Source: Schmidtea nova
Taxonomy: Eukaryota
Length of the DNA: 64,000 nucleotides
Direction of reading: 5' to 3'
Assembly: GCA_044892505.1 (NCBI GenBank)
Contig: CM097882.1
Location: 562,030,001-562,094,000, forward strand
The notes beneath the pieces are model-generated. The model ran no database searches. It was not told the origin of the DNA and saw nothing but the letters and a program-made list of their open reading frames with translations. This document shows, in pieces, positions 1 to 13,994 of the stretch. Position 1 is the first letter of the stretch, and every line of letters begins with the position of its first letter. The translations under genes were made by a program, and so were the position numbers.

Positions 1-2300
1 GGAGGGGTAAACTAATGCGAAAAATTACTAATGAAATAGATTGTTTGGTTTGCATGGACATGATTCGAATTAGTTTCACTGTACAGTAAATATAACAACA
101 ACTACAATAATGAAATCTAATTACTTAAAGAAGGGGTAGTGTAAAAAATATGTAGAGATTTCGACCCGACTTTTCGATAAGTACAGTAGGAAAATTTTTG
201 ACCATGCTGTTGGACAAATGTTACGATAGATATTGATACTCTCCCACCAGAACACGTTCAATAGATAGATAGGAAAATAGGAGAAACATAGCAGGTGTCA
301 TATTGAATGAGATAAAAGACAAATTAATTCATTAGAATAGATCATTATTTTGGACAGACTCAACATCTGATCAAATCCTTACGTCATCATTGAATGAATA
401 TAGGAATCAATTAAAAAAGAAACGCTCCAGAAAATAGACCGATACTAATGAGAAGACAGTATAAATATACAGAACAGGTTGAATTCAGTAAAACTGGAAT
501 AATACTTATTCCCAGAATTTTAGACGTTCGTAAGCATATAATTAAATTAATAAAGTAATTAAAATTTTTCTTGTTATTCTGCTAACATTAGATGGATAAA
601 CTATCAGACCTGAAAGGAGAACAGATGGCCGTAGATGATTACCCAATAACAAAGATCATAAATGATATTACTGTAATAGCAATGCAGTTACGAGATCCGG
701 TTCCATGGATCTTGGAGGATAAGACCGAAAGCCTGCTACTTCAACTAAAGGTGGACAATACGACTAACACGATGACCAGATGGTATGGACGAGGACAGGT
801 GGAAACCGTTTGAAGAGACAGTCATAAGTGGCCTAACGATGTGAATTTGAAAGATGATGGAACACCAACTCATTTTATTATCTCCTAGAATACTGTACCA
901 GGCTATTCCAGCATATCGTATGAAGGGAAAATTTCCAATGCCAAGTTAATGCTATGAGTAGATGTGTCACACCTCGTTTTCGAGCAAGAAAAATTCATGA
1001 AGGAAGTCATCAAATAGTATTTAGCCTGAAATGATATGATGAATGTTTTACTTTATTAGTGTTTTGATTTTTAACGTTGATAAATAAAAGTATTGTGTTT
1101 TATCAAGTCATTATATATGTGTTGTGTGAGAAATAAAGTATAATCATGAGGAAATAGATGATTCTGCGAATTTGCGTCAGTAACATCCAGATAGTAAATT
1201 TCCAACCGTTAAGTAATAAGGATGAAAATATCAAGGAAAAAAGATAAGAGATTGGGGGCCATAAAAGCCGAAAGTATTTATAAAATATTCAAAAGGTAAG
1301 AATACGTGATATTGCGTACAATATGTTATGATTGGGTTAGGAATGCGAAAAGTTTGTGTGAAATGTAATTAGATTCAATTTTTCTAGTAAATTACCGATG
1401 CCGGAAATCCTAGGGGAAAATATCCAAATGCGCAAGTGTTCTCGCTAGCAAGAGATGTGGAACCGACAGACAGAAGGGCGTCTCAAGACAGAATATGTGA
1501 ACTGAAAGCTACATTTCTTCGCCAATGGAGATTAAAAAGATACGCAACAGAGTGTCAAGAAAACTCGTGAGGATTTGCAGTAAAAATTAAATGAAACACG
1601 CTTAGAGCTACGAAATTGCATAGCTGCAAAGACCAAATTATTTGTACACCAAGAACTGATGGGGATGATAAGGCTATTAACCTTGGATTGCTGGTTCCCG
1701 CAGCCGTAGTCACGACTAAGCACAAAAAAGATGTACAGACTCCAAAGAATCCTATTAAAACCTCGAACCTAAATCGGATGAGTGATAAGAAAATACGCAC
1801 TCTCAAATGGCGACAGGAGAGTAAGTTCTACTACCAATTGATGAGACAGCTGGAATATATCAACGGATTATCATAGCTCGATCTCATTAACGAAATCAAC
1901 CCTTTGTAAACATTATGTACATAATTTGAATAAAGTGCTGAGTGATTTGTTATTTGATGTATGTTGATAATGTTTATTGTATAAGTGTAAAGGGTAGCTG
2001 ATCAGAGTATATTATACTACAACAAAACTGGGAGGGTGGCAAATTCTCGACCGAATACCTCAAAGCCGGAATGAGTGACCATAAATGAGTAACCAGAGAG
2101 AATTTATAGTCTTCTATCGACCGTAGTGAACCCATAATAGAAATGACTAATAGGGAGTAGTCATAGTAAATCAGCTCACCTGCATTTTAGCATTCGAAAG
2201 TTGCGATGTACATTACCAACGCGATTGTCAAAAATGATCGTAAGTACATGCGCGAGAGATTTAAATGTCTTGTGTGAAGGAAAAAGAAAACTTGGAAGAT
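1..2300 (+). mobile_element. Highly degenerate LTR-retrotransposon remnant(s)
   Basis: Polypurine tract aaagaaggggtag (about 127-139) directly followed by TGTAA at 140, then broken ORF pieces (592-813, 1616-1876) without a recognisable intact domain. Boundaries uncertain. Confidence 0.35.
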
Positions 2301-2419
2301 TTTGACCCTAGAAATTAAGCCAACGCACCAAAAATAACATGTGCTTATAAAAATTGTTTTCGTATATTTGGGATTGACTCAACAGGCTTACATTTACTTA
2401 ATAATTAAATATATCATAC

Positions 2420-2706
2420 GAAAAATGCTTAGTCCTTCTTTGATATCCTTCTTAATTCCTTGTTTGAAACCTGAAGGATGGCTAACTTTATTAAATATAT
2501 TAAGAGCTTTTAAGCTATTCTCATCAATAAACATTGTTTTTGTTCTAAAAAATACATCAAAAAATATTTTTCATGTTCAAGTGTATAAAAAATTACGTAG
2601 TATATATTTGAACATCTAAAACCGGAATGTTAGAAATTTCAGATTCTAATTCAACTCCAACTCGCTTCTTTTCCAGAAATTTTAAAAGACCACCGCAAGA
2701 TCTTAC
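2420..2706 (-). CDS. MSH5: MutS homolog 5, exons 6-7 (2706-2597, 2544-2420); gene continues left of the window
   Basis: Spliced translation VRSCGGLLKFLEKKRVGVELESEISNIPVLDVQIYT-TTKTMFIDENSLKALNIFNKVSHPSGFKQGIKKDIKEGLSIF matches MSH5 ([21 protein letters not shown]...IDQDTYSVLQIFKSESHPS...KEGLSLF). GT-AG intron of 52 nt (2545-2596). Confidence 0.9.
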
Positions 2707-3184
2707 CTTAAAATTTGAATAAAAAATTAAATAGTCAAAGTATTATCAAATTGAAAATAAGATCATGAGAATTTTTTGCAATAAAAAGTACAGCAAAAGT
2801 AATATTTAATGAAATTGGAATGAAAAATATTTCAACAAAATTTTCCTCAAATCCCTTATTTTTAATTAATTATTAAAAATGTTTGAATTTAAAACTCAAT
2901 TGACACTTTAGTGTTTTCTTATCGAAAGCGGTAAATTTTAAAATCCTAGTATTCCATAAATTTAAAATGAAGAACTCTTATTTAAGGAAATTGTTTTAAT
3001 TTTCTAAATAAAAAGTAATATTTTAAATCGCATTCTATTAATATTTAGGTAAATTTATAAATTTTAAAAATATATATTTATATACAGTTGTAATTAGTAA
3101 TTTTTACTGGTAATTAAAAATACCACTACAATTTTATTTGATTAACAATATTCTGTATAATTTTTAAATATATAGATTTTCTAT

Positions 3185-5927
3185 ATGGCTCCTACAATTC
3201 AAAAAGACGATATTAATTTTAACAAAGAAAATAAAGAAAAACGTGTTGAAAAACGTCCTGACTCGCTCATATGTAAAGTCAAATACACGAACACGTTACC
3301 GGATATTCCATTTGATCCTAAATTTTTACAGTATTCATTCGGTAATGAAAGGTTCAATATTACTATAGCAATTTATGTTATTTCAAATTAATTAATTACA
3401 GATTTATTAAATATAATCCAACATCACTGGAAAGAAATTACAAGCATGATCTTTTAACTGAGCACGACGTCGGAGTAGAGGTAGATCTGATCGATCCACT
3501 TATCTTCCAAATTAATTCTGAAGATAAATTACACCCGGACGATGAAAAGTTACTTGAAGATGACGCTTCCAGTGCTTTGGATTCTCGGAGGTTAATGAGT
3601 GTTTAATATTAATGTGTAATAATTGGGTAATTAGATCAAGACATCACAATAAATACGTTTCATGGATGAGGAAAACCGAATATATCTCCAACGAGCACTC
3701 TAATAAATACACGAAGACAGATAATTCTGAATCTAGGTAATGTTTGGATAAATAAAAAACGATATGATTTATTAGTTGGATTTAATTTAGAATCGGTTAC
3801 AAGAAGACGCTAATGAAAGAAGATGATGTTTATCGAGATAGAAAAAGTCAAATTGAAGCTATCGAAGCGACATTTGCAGCCGCTAAAGAACCATTTATTG
3901 AGCATTACAGCAAACCGAATGTAGTTGCTCAGAATATTTATCCAATTTTGCCGGACTTTAAGTTATGGAAGCATCCATGTGCTCAGGTAATTATTATATT
4001 ATATAATATTTGCATATATGAAAAATTTTTTATTACATTTCTCTGTACATTATAAGAAGGCATATTTATTTACAGATTTTTTTATATCGATTTTTAGCAA
4101 AATAGCCATTTTTATAACTTTTGAATAGCAGAGCCCCAAAAGTGAGAGTAAGCCTTTTTTAATGAAATATTTCGATCTTAAAAATATCCTGATCACTTCA
4201 ATACACAAATTATTTCCAATTGATTTATCCCTTTTAAAATGTGGAGCCCCAAAAACCGATAAAGAGCTAAAATATTAAAGATATTATTTACAAAGCATAT
4301 AGTTTTACTTATTATTGATATAATTATACTTTTTATTGTTGTCTAACCTTAATGAGAGGAATAAGGCTTTTTCAATTTCCACAGAGCCTGAAAATCGAAT
4401 TATTTATCTTTTTTTTGAAATAATCCATATTTAATTCTCGAAACTAAATCACTAAAAGGTGACAAAATATTTCCTTTGGCTTCGAATAAATATTTGGTAC
4501 TCACCGGTTATCTCGTCCTCATCAAAAAAATCTTTTTAAACCAATTTAGGCAATAAACAACAGAATAATCATTTTTATTTTAATTATTATTATTTTAATT
4601 ATTATGATTATTATTTATTTATTATTATTTTACCCGGAAAGTACCAAAAATAATAATAAACAATATAATTAATAAACAATAAAAATAAAAAATAATAACA
4701 ACAATAATAAAAATAATAATAATAATGATTATTCTGTTGTTTACTGCCTAAATTGGTTTAAAAACACTTAAAATTGAAATTGTTCATTTTTTGATGAGGT
4801 CGAGATAACCGGAAAGTACCAAATATTTTATTCAAACTGAAAAAAAAATTAATGTTTAAGTTGACATAAACAGATGCTAATTATACTTAAAAACAAGTGA
4901 TAATTCAATTGGAAATAGTTTCGTATTGAAGTGATCATGATATCTTTAAGATTGAAAAATGTCATCGAAAAAGGCTTACCACTTTTACTTTCTATTTTCT
5001 TTATTATTATTTAATTATTTGTTTTTAATTAGTTAATTTATTAATGGCATTTAAAAGTAACCATTGACCCAATTTATTATGTACTCATAGATATTGGTTA
5101 AAACTATCTACCAGTGATCTTTTATTCGTATTAGGTTATTTTCGATGATAATCCTCTCGGTCGAAATAAAGGCGACGGTAAGGATAGTTTCAACCGTGCT
5201 CTTATTAGGTTGGCATTTTTGACAATTTAATGGCTTTTGTTAATGAATGCTTCACAGAGGTATGGTAGATGAATCTGGACAACATTTTGTCGCATATTTC
5301 CTTCCTACTGAAGCAACTAAGGGCAAATTGAAACGTGATGCTGAGGAGGAAATCTTATTTACTGAGGATGATGTTTATGAATATTATCTAGCGCGTGAAT
5401 ATAACTGGAACGTTAAAAATAAAGGAATGTCAAATTATGAGGAAAACTATTTCATAGTGTTTCGATCGGACGGTAAATAAATCGGGAACTGTCTGTATAG
5501 AATTGATGTGCATATTTGAAATGTTTAGGTACCTATTACAATGAGTTGGAAACTCGGGTTAGACTGAATAAGCGGCGTAAAATAGGACCGAGTGCAGCTG
5601 CAGCGAACTTGAAAACGAAATTGCTGGTAAAACATCGGGAATTCAATGACATGGAATTCAAGGCCCAAGCCGACAGATTGTCGATGCTGGAACAGGAAAT
5701 TGACGAGGAAATGAGCGATGGAGAGGACAATCAGAACAATCAAGTGGCGAATGAATCTGGTAATGGTGTCATTCTGAATGTAAAATAAAATTGATTTATC
5801 GTAATATTTAGAAGCATATGTTGATGGGAAAGAACAAAAAGATCTGTCTGATACGGATTCAGATGTGCCTAAGAAGAAAGAATCACCAGCATCGTCCGAT
5901 TCGGACAGTGAAAGTTCAATTATATAA
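3185..5927 (+). CDS. PAF1: RNA polymerase II-associated factor 1; exons 3185-3351, 3402-3590, 3635-3736, 3791-3986, 5135-5208, 5258-5472, 5529-5759, 5812-5927
   Basis: Motifs [82 protein letters not shown]. All introns GT-AG (44-56 nt, plus one of 1148 nt). Frame conserved across junctions; acidic tail ends in TAA at 5925-5927. Last donor could instead be 5766. Confidence 0.95.
4138..4990. mobile_element. Foldback/MITE-like element in PAF1 intron 4
   Basis: Nested imperfect inverted repeats: about 4138-4229 vs 4890-4990 (taagcctttt...gatcacttcaatac) and about 4475-4570 vs 4725-4835 (atttggtac...ccggttatctcg...ctcatcaaaa). Confidence 0.75.
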
Positions 5928-6161
5928 AATAAGACCTTCACCGACATTTCAAAAAATTATAGATCCTGTTTTGTTTATGGCCTGCAGGCCATTAAATGTA
6001 ATAATTTGATTGTAAATTATAATTGTCTATTAATTTTGATCAGAATTTATTTTGCTAGCTTTCTACTTTTGTTTTAAATTAATCCCGTCACTGAATAGTG
6101 GACTGATTGTAACTAAACCATTTTACTATGGAAATTTATTTAAATAACAGTGTTTTTCTTT

Positions 6162-7470
6162 TTGTCTTGACTCCACCGACGAAATGAAACCCTTGGAGTT
6201 GCTGATGTTTTTTCCGTTTTCTCTCAATGTAGTATATTTCTCAAGGACATTGTACCTATCTTCCACATCGCTGTTCCACTGACTGTTCTCGGTGTAATCT
6301 CTTCTTTCAGATTTGGAATATTCTTTTCTATGCATGCTATTCTTTGATATCGACGGGGAACCTTTTTCCTTAACGAAAAACAATCTCGTGTCCTTCCTTG
6401 CCACATATCAGACACTTATTTCCTAGTGAGCACTCATATCTTCTTTGTCCCTTTTCGATACAGCAAAAACAATCACCTACTGTTTAATTTGGAGCAGGTA
6501 CTTGTTGTAGTCCTCTACTTTCGTTATAGAATATTCTTGCTATGTTCTTCATGGGAAATTGTTGGCAGTTTCTTTTCTGAGCCATTTGAGATTCTTGCGT
6601 TTCTCAAATATTGTTCTCTTGGGAATTGTTCTCGCCGACCGCGGTTATTTTCTTCGAATTGTATTGATTCGCCTATAGTGGTGATAACTAAATGGCTCTT
6701 CTGATAGTCTTCTTTGTGATGATGTAGTTTGGTATCTTGAGTATTCTTCACGTCTGCCCTCCCTCAGTCACGCTAGCACATGTTCTTTGACCGATTGCTT
6801 TAATAAATTCCGTATTATTGCTTACAATTTGTTACTCTCAAAATCTCGGCCAATATCTCGTTTTTTTCAATTTCGGGTTTCGTCATTAATATCTCCCTCA
6901 GTCTCGCATCTCGTGCTTTATTCGCGATGAGATCCTGAACAGTATCTTCTTATGATTGTCCTGAATTTATAACTTGAGCTTAAGCTTTCCCTAATCGTAT
7001 TTCAAAAGCTAAAAAATGTTCATCATCTTCCTGTTCTAAAACTGCCAATTCTCTGATTTTGTCAGTTATTGATTTCGTAATTGTGAACGTATTTAAGAAC
7101 AAAGTTTTGGCTTTCACATATGTTGTTTCTGTTTCTTTGACGTTTCCCCCACAATGTCTTAGCTTCTGCCACTAATAACACATCGAAAGTGCTTGTCAAG
7201 CGCTGTCAATTTGTCAACAGCCATTCTTCGATGTCCCTGATCAATTCTTCTTTTGATCCTTGTCTATCATATTGTCTGATGTTCAGTGTGAGCATTAACG
7301 ACTTTGCTGATTTCGAAACTGCATTAACATTCTATTTTTCGGCGTGGTCACCAGTTAAATCAAACTCGGCTTTAAAAGTCTTCGATTCCGTTATAAATTT
7401 ATTTAATCAAAATTTTATGAAGTGCCAAATAATCAATTATTTAAACACAAGTTAATTTAAATATCCAACT
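6162..7470 (-). mobile_element. Truncated Gypsy element A (5' LTR, PBS, decayed gag); relative of element B
   Basis: LTR AGTTG...TAACT at 7470-7353 followed by PBS TGGTGACCACG. The gag remnant shares DNNRGRREQFP and ERRDYTENSQ with ORF 56393-57577. Truncated after gag. Confidence 0.85.
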
Positions 7471-8579
7471 TAAGTTTTGTAACAAATATGTTTGGGGTGT
7501 CAATGAGTGCAAATAAATTTTAATTGCAAAGATTCGAATGTGATGCAGTTAAAGTTCAAAATTTAATTAAAATGAAAATAAAATTATGTGCAAAAAATTA
7601 GTAATAATTTGAAAAAATCAATATTTTTTGGGGGGAAAAGATAGGCGAATAGCATTTTACAATGAATATAAACATAATTACTTAAATCGACGGGTGTCCA
7701 TAGGTAAAGTTATTGCAAAAATACAAACTAATTATTTAAACAAAATCTTGCTGAAGGCATTATTATTATATAATGAATGATGTGTTGAAATTCGGCTAGT
7801 AGAAGTCATTCTGCATCAAAATTATAAATCAGGAGCGTTCAAAGTGAGGTTCATGTGGCTCTGACATTTTTGGGACTAAATAGTTTAGTAAGTTGTAAAT
7901 GAAATTTTAAGAATTTTTTTCAAAACGCCTACGATAATGTAAGTAAACATTAACTTTTCATAAATAATATAAAATAAATATTTTTAAAAAATGCGTTAAG
8001 TAATTATGGTAATGAAAACTAGTTAAAAATCTTGCGGCTCTACAGTGTTTCAATATTTTTAAACATGCTTCAGTATATATAAAGCTTTAAACAACCCTGT
8101 TATATACGAAATCTCCGCAGTGATATCTTAACTTCTGAAGCAACAAAAAATTATATTAAATATTTTATTTTATATTTGAGTATTGCATGAATTTAATTAT
8201 AATTTATAAAATAATAAAACAATTGCGAGATTCAAAAAATAAATAAAATAATGTAAATTTTTGCAGTTTTATTTTTACCAAAATACTGGTACAAGAAATA
8301 CACAAAATTTTCCTCTTTGGATGTCTCTGGAGATTTTTTGGAGTAGCCATAAATATGCGAAGACCTATAATGACGTTAAAAAACTCAAAAATCACCAAAT
8401 CTTACCTTAAAATTATCATCATTTATTCGAAATCGCAAACTAAGTATATTTTTATTAGACCTCTACTCTTACTTATGGTGGGTTACTGATAAATAAAATG
8501 ACCTTGATTTTTTATGACTCAAAACTTTCAATAACCCAACACAAAAATTAGTTAACTATATTATTACGTGCTACAGTGT

Positions 8580-8682
8580 AACATTATTACTGCAACAAAA
8601 GGGTGGACATTCGCAAAAAATGAGTTGAAACTATAATTGACAAATGTCACAGCCGGGTTCAAAGGCGACTGATAGAAGGTAT
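8580..8682 (+). repeat. Dispersed ~100 bp repeat, copy 1 (copy 2 at 13556-13658; diverged relative at 15365-15460)
   Basis: acattattactgcaacaaaagggtggacattcgcaaaaaatgag...gggttcaaaggcgactgatagaaggta is nearly identical at both loci. Confidence 0.85.
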
Positions 8683-9346
8683 TGTTGGGTATTTGCGATG
8701 TTTAGTCGGTGCTGTTAGTCTGACTCCTCGGTGTTCTTTAAATTTGATTCAATAAAATAACACAACACAGAAGAATTTATTTGTAACAATCACACTTTTT
8801 GACACACTAAGTCTCTTTAAAATTTCACAATAACTTTTATCACTGCTTCTCCGACTTCGCGTAGGGATAAGTCTCCCCAAGGAAGATCTCCCTTTCTGGT
8901 ACGCTGGAATAATAAATTTGGTTTGGAACTTTTCAAATATCGCTCTTAACTCCTCGCTTGCTAAATTCACTTACTCTTGCTTCGACCATTCTGGCAAACT
9001 TTAGTATTTGTCGTTCCCTTTTATACTGCTTCTGATGATTGGTTTCCCACTTCGCTGCAGCTGTCAAATGGTAGTTTCCGATTTGACGTTTTAATTTTCC
9101 ATCTGTCGGTTACTCTCCGGGTCTCCTCCAAAGTTATTTTTCTCAGGAATTATTACCTGTCATATTGCTTGTCCGGGTTTCCCACACTCTCCGGGTTCTC
9201 CATTGTCTCGGGTTTCCCATTTGCTCGGGCTTTCCCTTAGCCAATTAATTATTAATTAATACTTTAATATTTCAATTATTTCTTTCTGGGGACCCCCCAT
9301 TGACTTTGTTTTATTATTTTTGGATTCGTTTCAATATTCGGCATCA
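8683..9346 (-). mobile_element. Probable isolated LTR
   Basis: On the minus strand it starts TGATG and ends ...CCCAACA, with an internal TATA-like gcagtataaaagg and AATAAA near the 3' end. No matching TSD found. Confidence 0.5.
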
Positions 9347-9879
9347 GTAGAGTAGGGGGAGCGCCCAAGAACAGGAACAGACCCCCCTCCCCCCCCGAAA
9401 AAAAAAATTTTTTTTTTGTTTAAATGAAGTCTTTATTTATTTTTTATTTATTTTTATTTATTTTTATTAATTTTTATTAATTTATTTTTAATTTATTTTT
9501 TAATAATTTATTTGTANNNNNNNNNNNNNNNNNNNNNNNNNNNNNNNNNNNNNNNNNNNNNNNNNNNNNNNNNNNNNNNNNNNNNNNNNNNNNNNNNNNN
9601 NNNNNNNNNNNNNNNNNNNNNNNNNNNNNNNNNNNNNNNNNNNNNNNNNNNNNNNAATTTATTTTTAATTTATTTTTTAATAATTTATTTGTATTAATTT
9701 ATTTGTATTAATTTATTTGTATTAATTTTTATTAATTTATTTTTATTAATTTATTTTTTAATAATTTATTTGTATTAATTTATTTTTATTAATTTATTTT
9801 TATTAATTTTTATTAATTTATTTTAATTATTTATTTTAATTTTTATTTAAATAATTTTAATTTTTTGATCTGGTTATTT

Positions 9880-10380
9880 TTGTAAAGGATTTTTACTCTG
9901 GTAATTTTGTATAGGAATTTCTACTCCGAGATTTTCTATGGCAAAAAGGGACTCTGGATTTTTTGTACAGGGAATTTTTATACATGAAATTTTGGACTGG
10001 TATTTTTGTATAGGATTTTGGTCTGGTTATTTTGAATAGGATTTTCAACTCCCATATTTTTCTCAGGCAAAAAGGGACTCTGGTAATTTTGAACTGAAAT
10101 TTTAATGGTAAATAAAAACACGTGTAAATATTTTAAACAAGTAAATTATCATTAAAGTATTTTGTATAGGATTTTCTACTCCGAGATTTTTCTCGGGCAA
10201 AAAGGGACTCTTGTAATTTTGAACTAAATTTTTTATGGTAAATAAAAACACGTGTAAATTTTTTAAACTAGTAAAATACATTGAAATTATTTTGAATAGG
10301 ATTTTCAATTCCCAGATTTTTCTTCAGGCAAAAATAGACTCTGGTAATTTTGAATATGATTTTTAGTCTGGTATTTTTGA
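9880..10380. repeat. Degenerate tandem repeat (about 120-130 bp period)
   Basis: Recurrent ggatttt.c.actcc.agattt..ggcaaaaagggactc at about 9910, 10040, 10165 and 10300. Confidence 0.7.
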
Positions 10381-10409
10381 AAATAATATTTTGGTCGGGG
10401 AAAATCAAA

Positions 10410-11250
10410 AAATTAAAAAGTGGTCAGAATTCAATAATTTTTATACCAATCTACTGAGAATCGAATGGCGAACAAAAAAGGTTCAAAAAGTAAAAACATG
10501 AAATTTTGACTTTTCCGACCCAATTTTACACGTAAAAAGGGTCAACTCGGAGAATTTCCAAAAAATTAAAAATGCTCAGAATTCAATAATTTTTATACCA
10601 ATCTACTGAGAATTGAATGGGGAACAAAAAAGGATCAAAAAGTAAAAACATGAAATTTTGACTTTTCCGACCCAATTTTTACACGTAAAAAGGGTCAACT
10701 CGGGGAATTTCCAAAAATTAAAAAGTTGTCAGAATTCAATAATTTTTATACCAATCTACTGAGAATTTAATGGGGAACAAAAAAGGATCAAAAAGTAAAA
10801 ACATGAAATTTTGACTTTTCCTACCCAATTTTTACACGTAAAAAGGGTCAACTCGGGGAATTTCCAAAAATCAAAAATGCTCAGAATCAAATAATTTTTA
10901 TACCAATCTACTGAGAATCGAATGGCGAACAAAAAAGGGTCAAAAAGTAAAAACATGAAAATTTTGACTTTTCCGACCCAATTTTTACATGTAAAAATGG
11001 TCAACTCGGGGAAATTCCAAAAAATCAAAAATGCTCAGAATCAAATAATTTTTATACCAATCTACTGAGAATTGAATGGGGAACAAAAAAGGGTCAAAAA
11101 GTAAAAACATGAAAATTTTGACTTTTCCGACCCAATTTTTACACGTAAAAAGGGTCAACTCGGGGAATTTCCAAAAATTAAAAGGTTGTCAGAATTCAAT
11201 AATTTTTATACCAATCTACTGAGAATTGAAAGGCAAACAATAATGGTCAA
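10410..11250. repeat. Tandem satellite, ~153 bp unit, about 5.5 copies
   Basis: ttataccaatctactgagaat recurs at 10441, 10593, 10746, 10898, 11052 and 11206. Confidence 0.95.
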
Positions 11251-11389
11251 AAAATTAAAATCATGAAAAAATCAAAATTTTATACGTAAAATTACAGTCT
11301 CAGTAAAAAAGGGTAAAATACATATAAACGTGGAAATATTTAAAATAAAATTTTTAAACTAAATAATTAAATCTAAATAAATTTATGAT

Positions 11390-11690
11390 AATTAAATAAA
11401 AAAGTAAATAAATTCTATACGAATTTCAAAACTCAATAAATAATTCACTCATTATTTTGTATTTAATTTATCAAGTAAAATGGTACATTAAATAAAAAAG
11501 TAAATAAATTCTATACGAATTTCAAAACTCAGTAAATAATTCACTCATTATTTTGTATTTAATTTATCAAGTAAAATGGTACATTAAATAAAAAAGTAAA
11601 TAAATTCTATACGAATTTCAAAACTCAGTAAATAATTCACTCATTATTTTGTATTGAATTTATCAAGTAAAATGATACATTAAATAAAAG
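11390..11690. repeat. Tandem repeat, 96 bp unit, about 3 copies
   Basis: ttctatacgaatttcaaaactca at 11413, 11509 and 11605. Confidence 0.95.
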
Positions 11691-12399
11691 CATGGAAATA
11701 ATAAGTAAATTAAACTTAGAATTTAAAAATAATTTGTACTGGATTTATGAAAAATATCAAAGTAAATAAATTAAAGATAGAATTTTAAAAATAATTATGA
11801 ATTTAATGATAAATAGAAATATAAGTAAATTAAGAATAAAAAAGTAAATTAAGAAAGACGTGAGTTTTAATGTCATAATTTAAAAAAGAATTGCTTTTAA
11901 AGGAACTTTTTAAGGTAATATTTGAAAAATGTGAGAATAATTAATTATTTTTGAAATTTTTTAAAGTAAAATTTATTAACAATAAGGTCAATGTAGAATT
12001 TTTTAGCAATAAAATCAATGAAAATTTTTTAATTAATATTTTTCATAAGTAAAATTTTTTAACTAATAAATACAAATCTAATTGTTTTTTCAATATGATG
12101 TTTTTTAAGGAAATGGTCAAATGTAGTAAATAAAACACATGTAAATATTGAATTTATTTAGAATAAAAATAGTTATTAAACAAGAGTTTTTACAATTTTG
12201 TATACTAAGTTAAAAAATATCAATTAATGACATAAATTTTTAAAAATAAACGTAATAATTNNNNNNNNNNNNNNNNNNNNNNNNNNNNNNNNNNNNNNNN
12301 NNNNNNNNNNNNNNNNNNNNNNNNNNNNNNNNNNNNNNNNNNNNNNNNNNNNNNNNNNNNNNNNNNNNNNNNNNNNNNNNNNNNNNNNNNNNNNCTAAG

Positions 12400-13400
12400 T
12401 ACCAGCAATAAACCGATCAAATAACTAATAATCTCATTACACACACAAATAAACCACTGACTAGTAACTGATCAAATGCCAACTGACTCTATCCACAAAT
12501 CAACAATCGACTAGTTACTTACAAGTTACCAACTGACTCTATATATTAACCAACTAGGAAATTGTTCCATGTGTCAATCACTTTCTATTGCCTATATATC
12601 AAATAAACCAATCCCCTTAGTTAACAAATAGTACAATTCCTTACTTACTAACTTTATCTATACTAACCAACTAACTATACATACTAACCAGCAACCAATT
12701 CCTTACTAACCAACTAGTTTTATACATTAACCAACTAACTTTATTCACAAATCACCAACCAACTAACTAACTAACTAACCAGCAATCAATTCATTACTAA
12801 CCAACTAGTTCTATACATCAACCAACTAACTCTTCACATTAACCAAGTAACTAACTAACTATACATACTAACCAGCAACCAATACTTTACTAACCAACTA
12901 GTTTTATACATTAACCAACTAACTTTATTCACAAATCACCAACCAACTAACTAACTAACTAACCAGCAATCAATTCATTACTAACCAACTAGTTCTATAC
13001 ATCAACCAACTAACTCTTCACATTAACCAAGTAACTAACTAACTATACATACTAACCAGCAACCACTTCCTTACTAACCAACTAGTTCTATCAACTAATC
13101 TTATACCTATCAGTCTACCAACCAACCAACTACATTAACCAACTAACTAGCTATACATACTAATCTCTTACTAACCAAGTAACTAACTAACTAACCAATT
13201 CCTTACTTCACAACTAACTCTTCTCATTAACCAACTAACTATTCATAAATCAACAACAGGCTAGTTAATTATTAAATATCAATTGAATCTATCCACAATC
13301 TACTAGTTAAATCAACTAATCGGATACCAACTGACTCTATATATTAAACAAATAAATCTTCACTCTAAGGAAATTGTTCCACGTATCAATTAACTCTTTG
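12400..13400. repeat. AACC/AACT-rich simple satellite with a ~184 bp higher-order unit
   Basis: Monomers aaccaact/aactaact; ttattcacaaatcacc at 12741 and 12925. Confidence 0.85.
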
Positions 13401-13555
13401 CATTAACTAGATAAGATATTTAAAACTAACTGATTCTAAATATCGTGTCATAAAATTAAATTTATTACTTTGAATAATTTAATTAATCTTTAGTTGATTA
13501 TCAGTTTTCAAAAAGGTATACTAATATCTACGTAGTTAAAATGAAATTTTTTATT

Positions 13556-13658
13556 AACATTATTACTGCAACAAAAGGGTGGACATTCGCAAAAAATGAG
13601 TTGAAACTATAACTGACAAATGTCTCAGGCGGGTTCAAAGGCGACTGATAGAAGGTAT
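13556..13658 (+). repeat. Dispersed ~100 bp repeat, copy 2
   Basis: Near-identical to 8580-8682. Confidence 0.85.
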
Positions 13659-13994
13659 AATGCCTGTTTATATTCCCATACTCAATCCAAATATCTTATT
13701 ATTGATTTGCTAGGAATTTTCGGGAGAAAATCTAATAAGAAATTTTTTGTTCGATGACCACTATTGCTTCCATGGAACTCTTCAATTAATTAGCTTAAAT
13801 TGTTATAAAAGCCTTCGATATAGTATCCTTAAGTTCGATTCCCATTTACTTAGTATTCTAATTGCACATTTCAAATAACAAAATTATATATTTTACATCT
13901 ATCGGAGTGGAATAAATTTACATTAATTATTAAATGAATGAAATAAATAATTTACCAAATATACATAAAATCAATAATGAAGAAAATACAAATC

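Noticed and set aside
2341-2619. 92 aa plus-strand ORF
   Set aside because: Antisense shadow of MSH5 exons 6-7.
7620-7720. Segment faintly resembling rRNA (reverse complement acacccgtcgatttaag)
   Set aside because: Match too short; no other conserved rRNA motifs nearby.
8204-8460. Possible small spliced gene on the minus strand
   Set aside because: Splice-like sites are present, but no convincing extended frame or homology was found.
10410-11250. CRISPR-like regular repeats
   Set aside because: Whole 153 bp units repeat with no unique spacers, there are no cas genes, and the context is eukaryotic.
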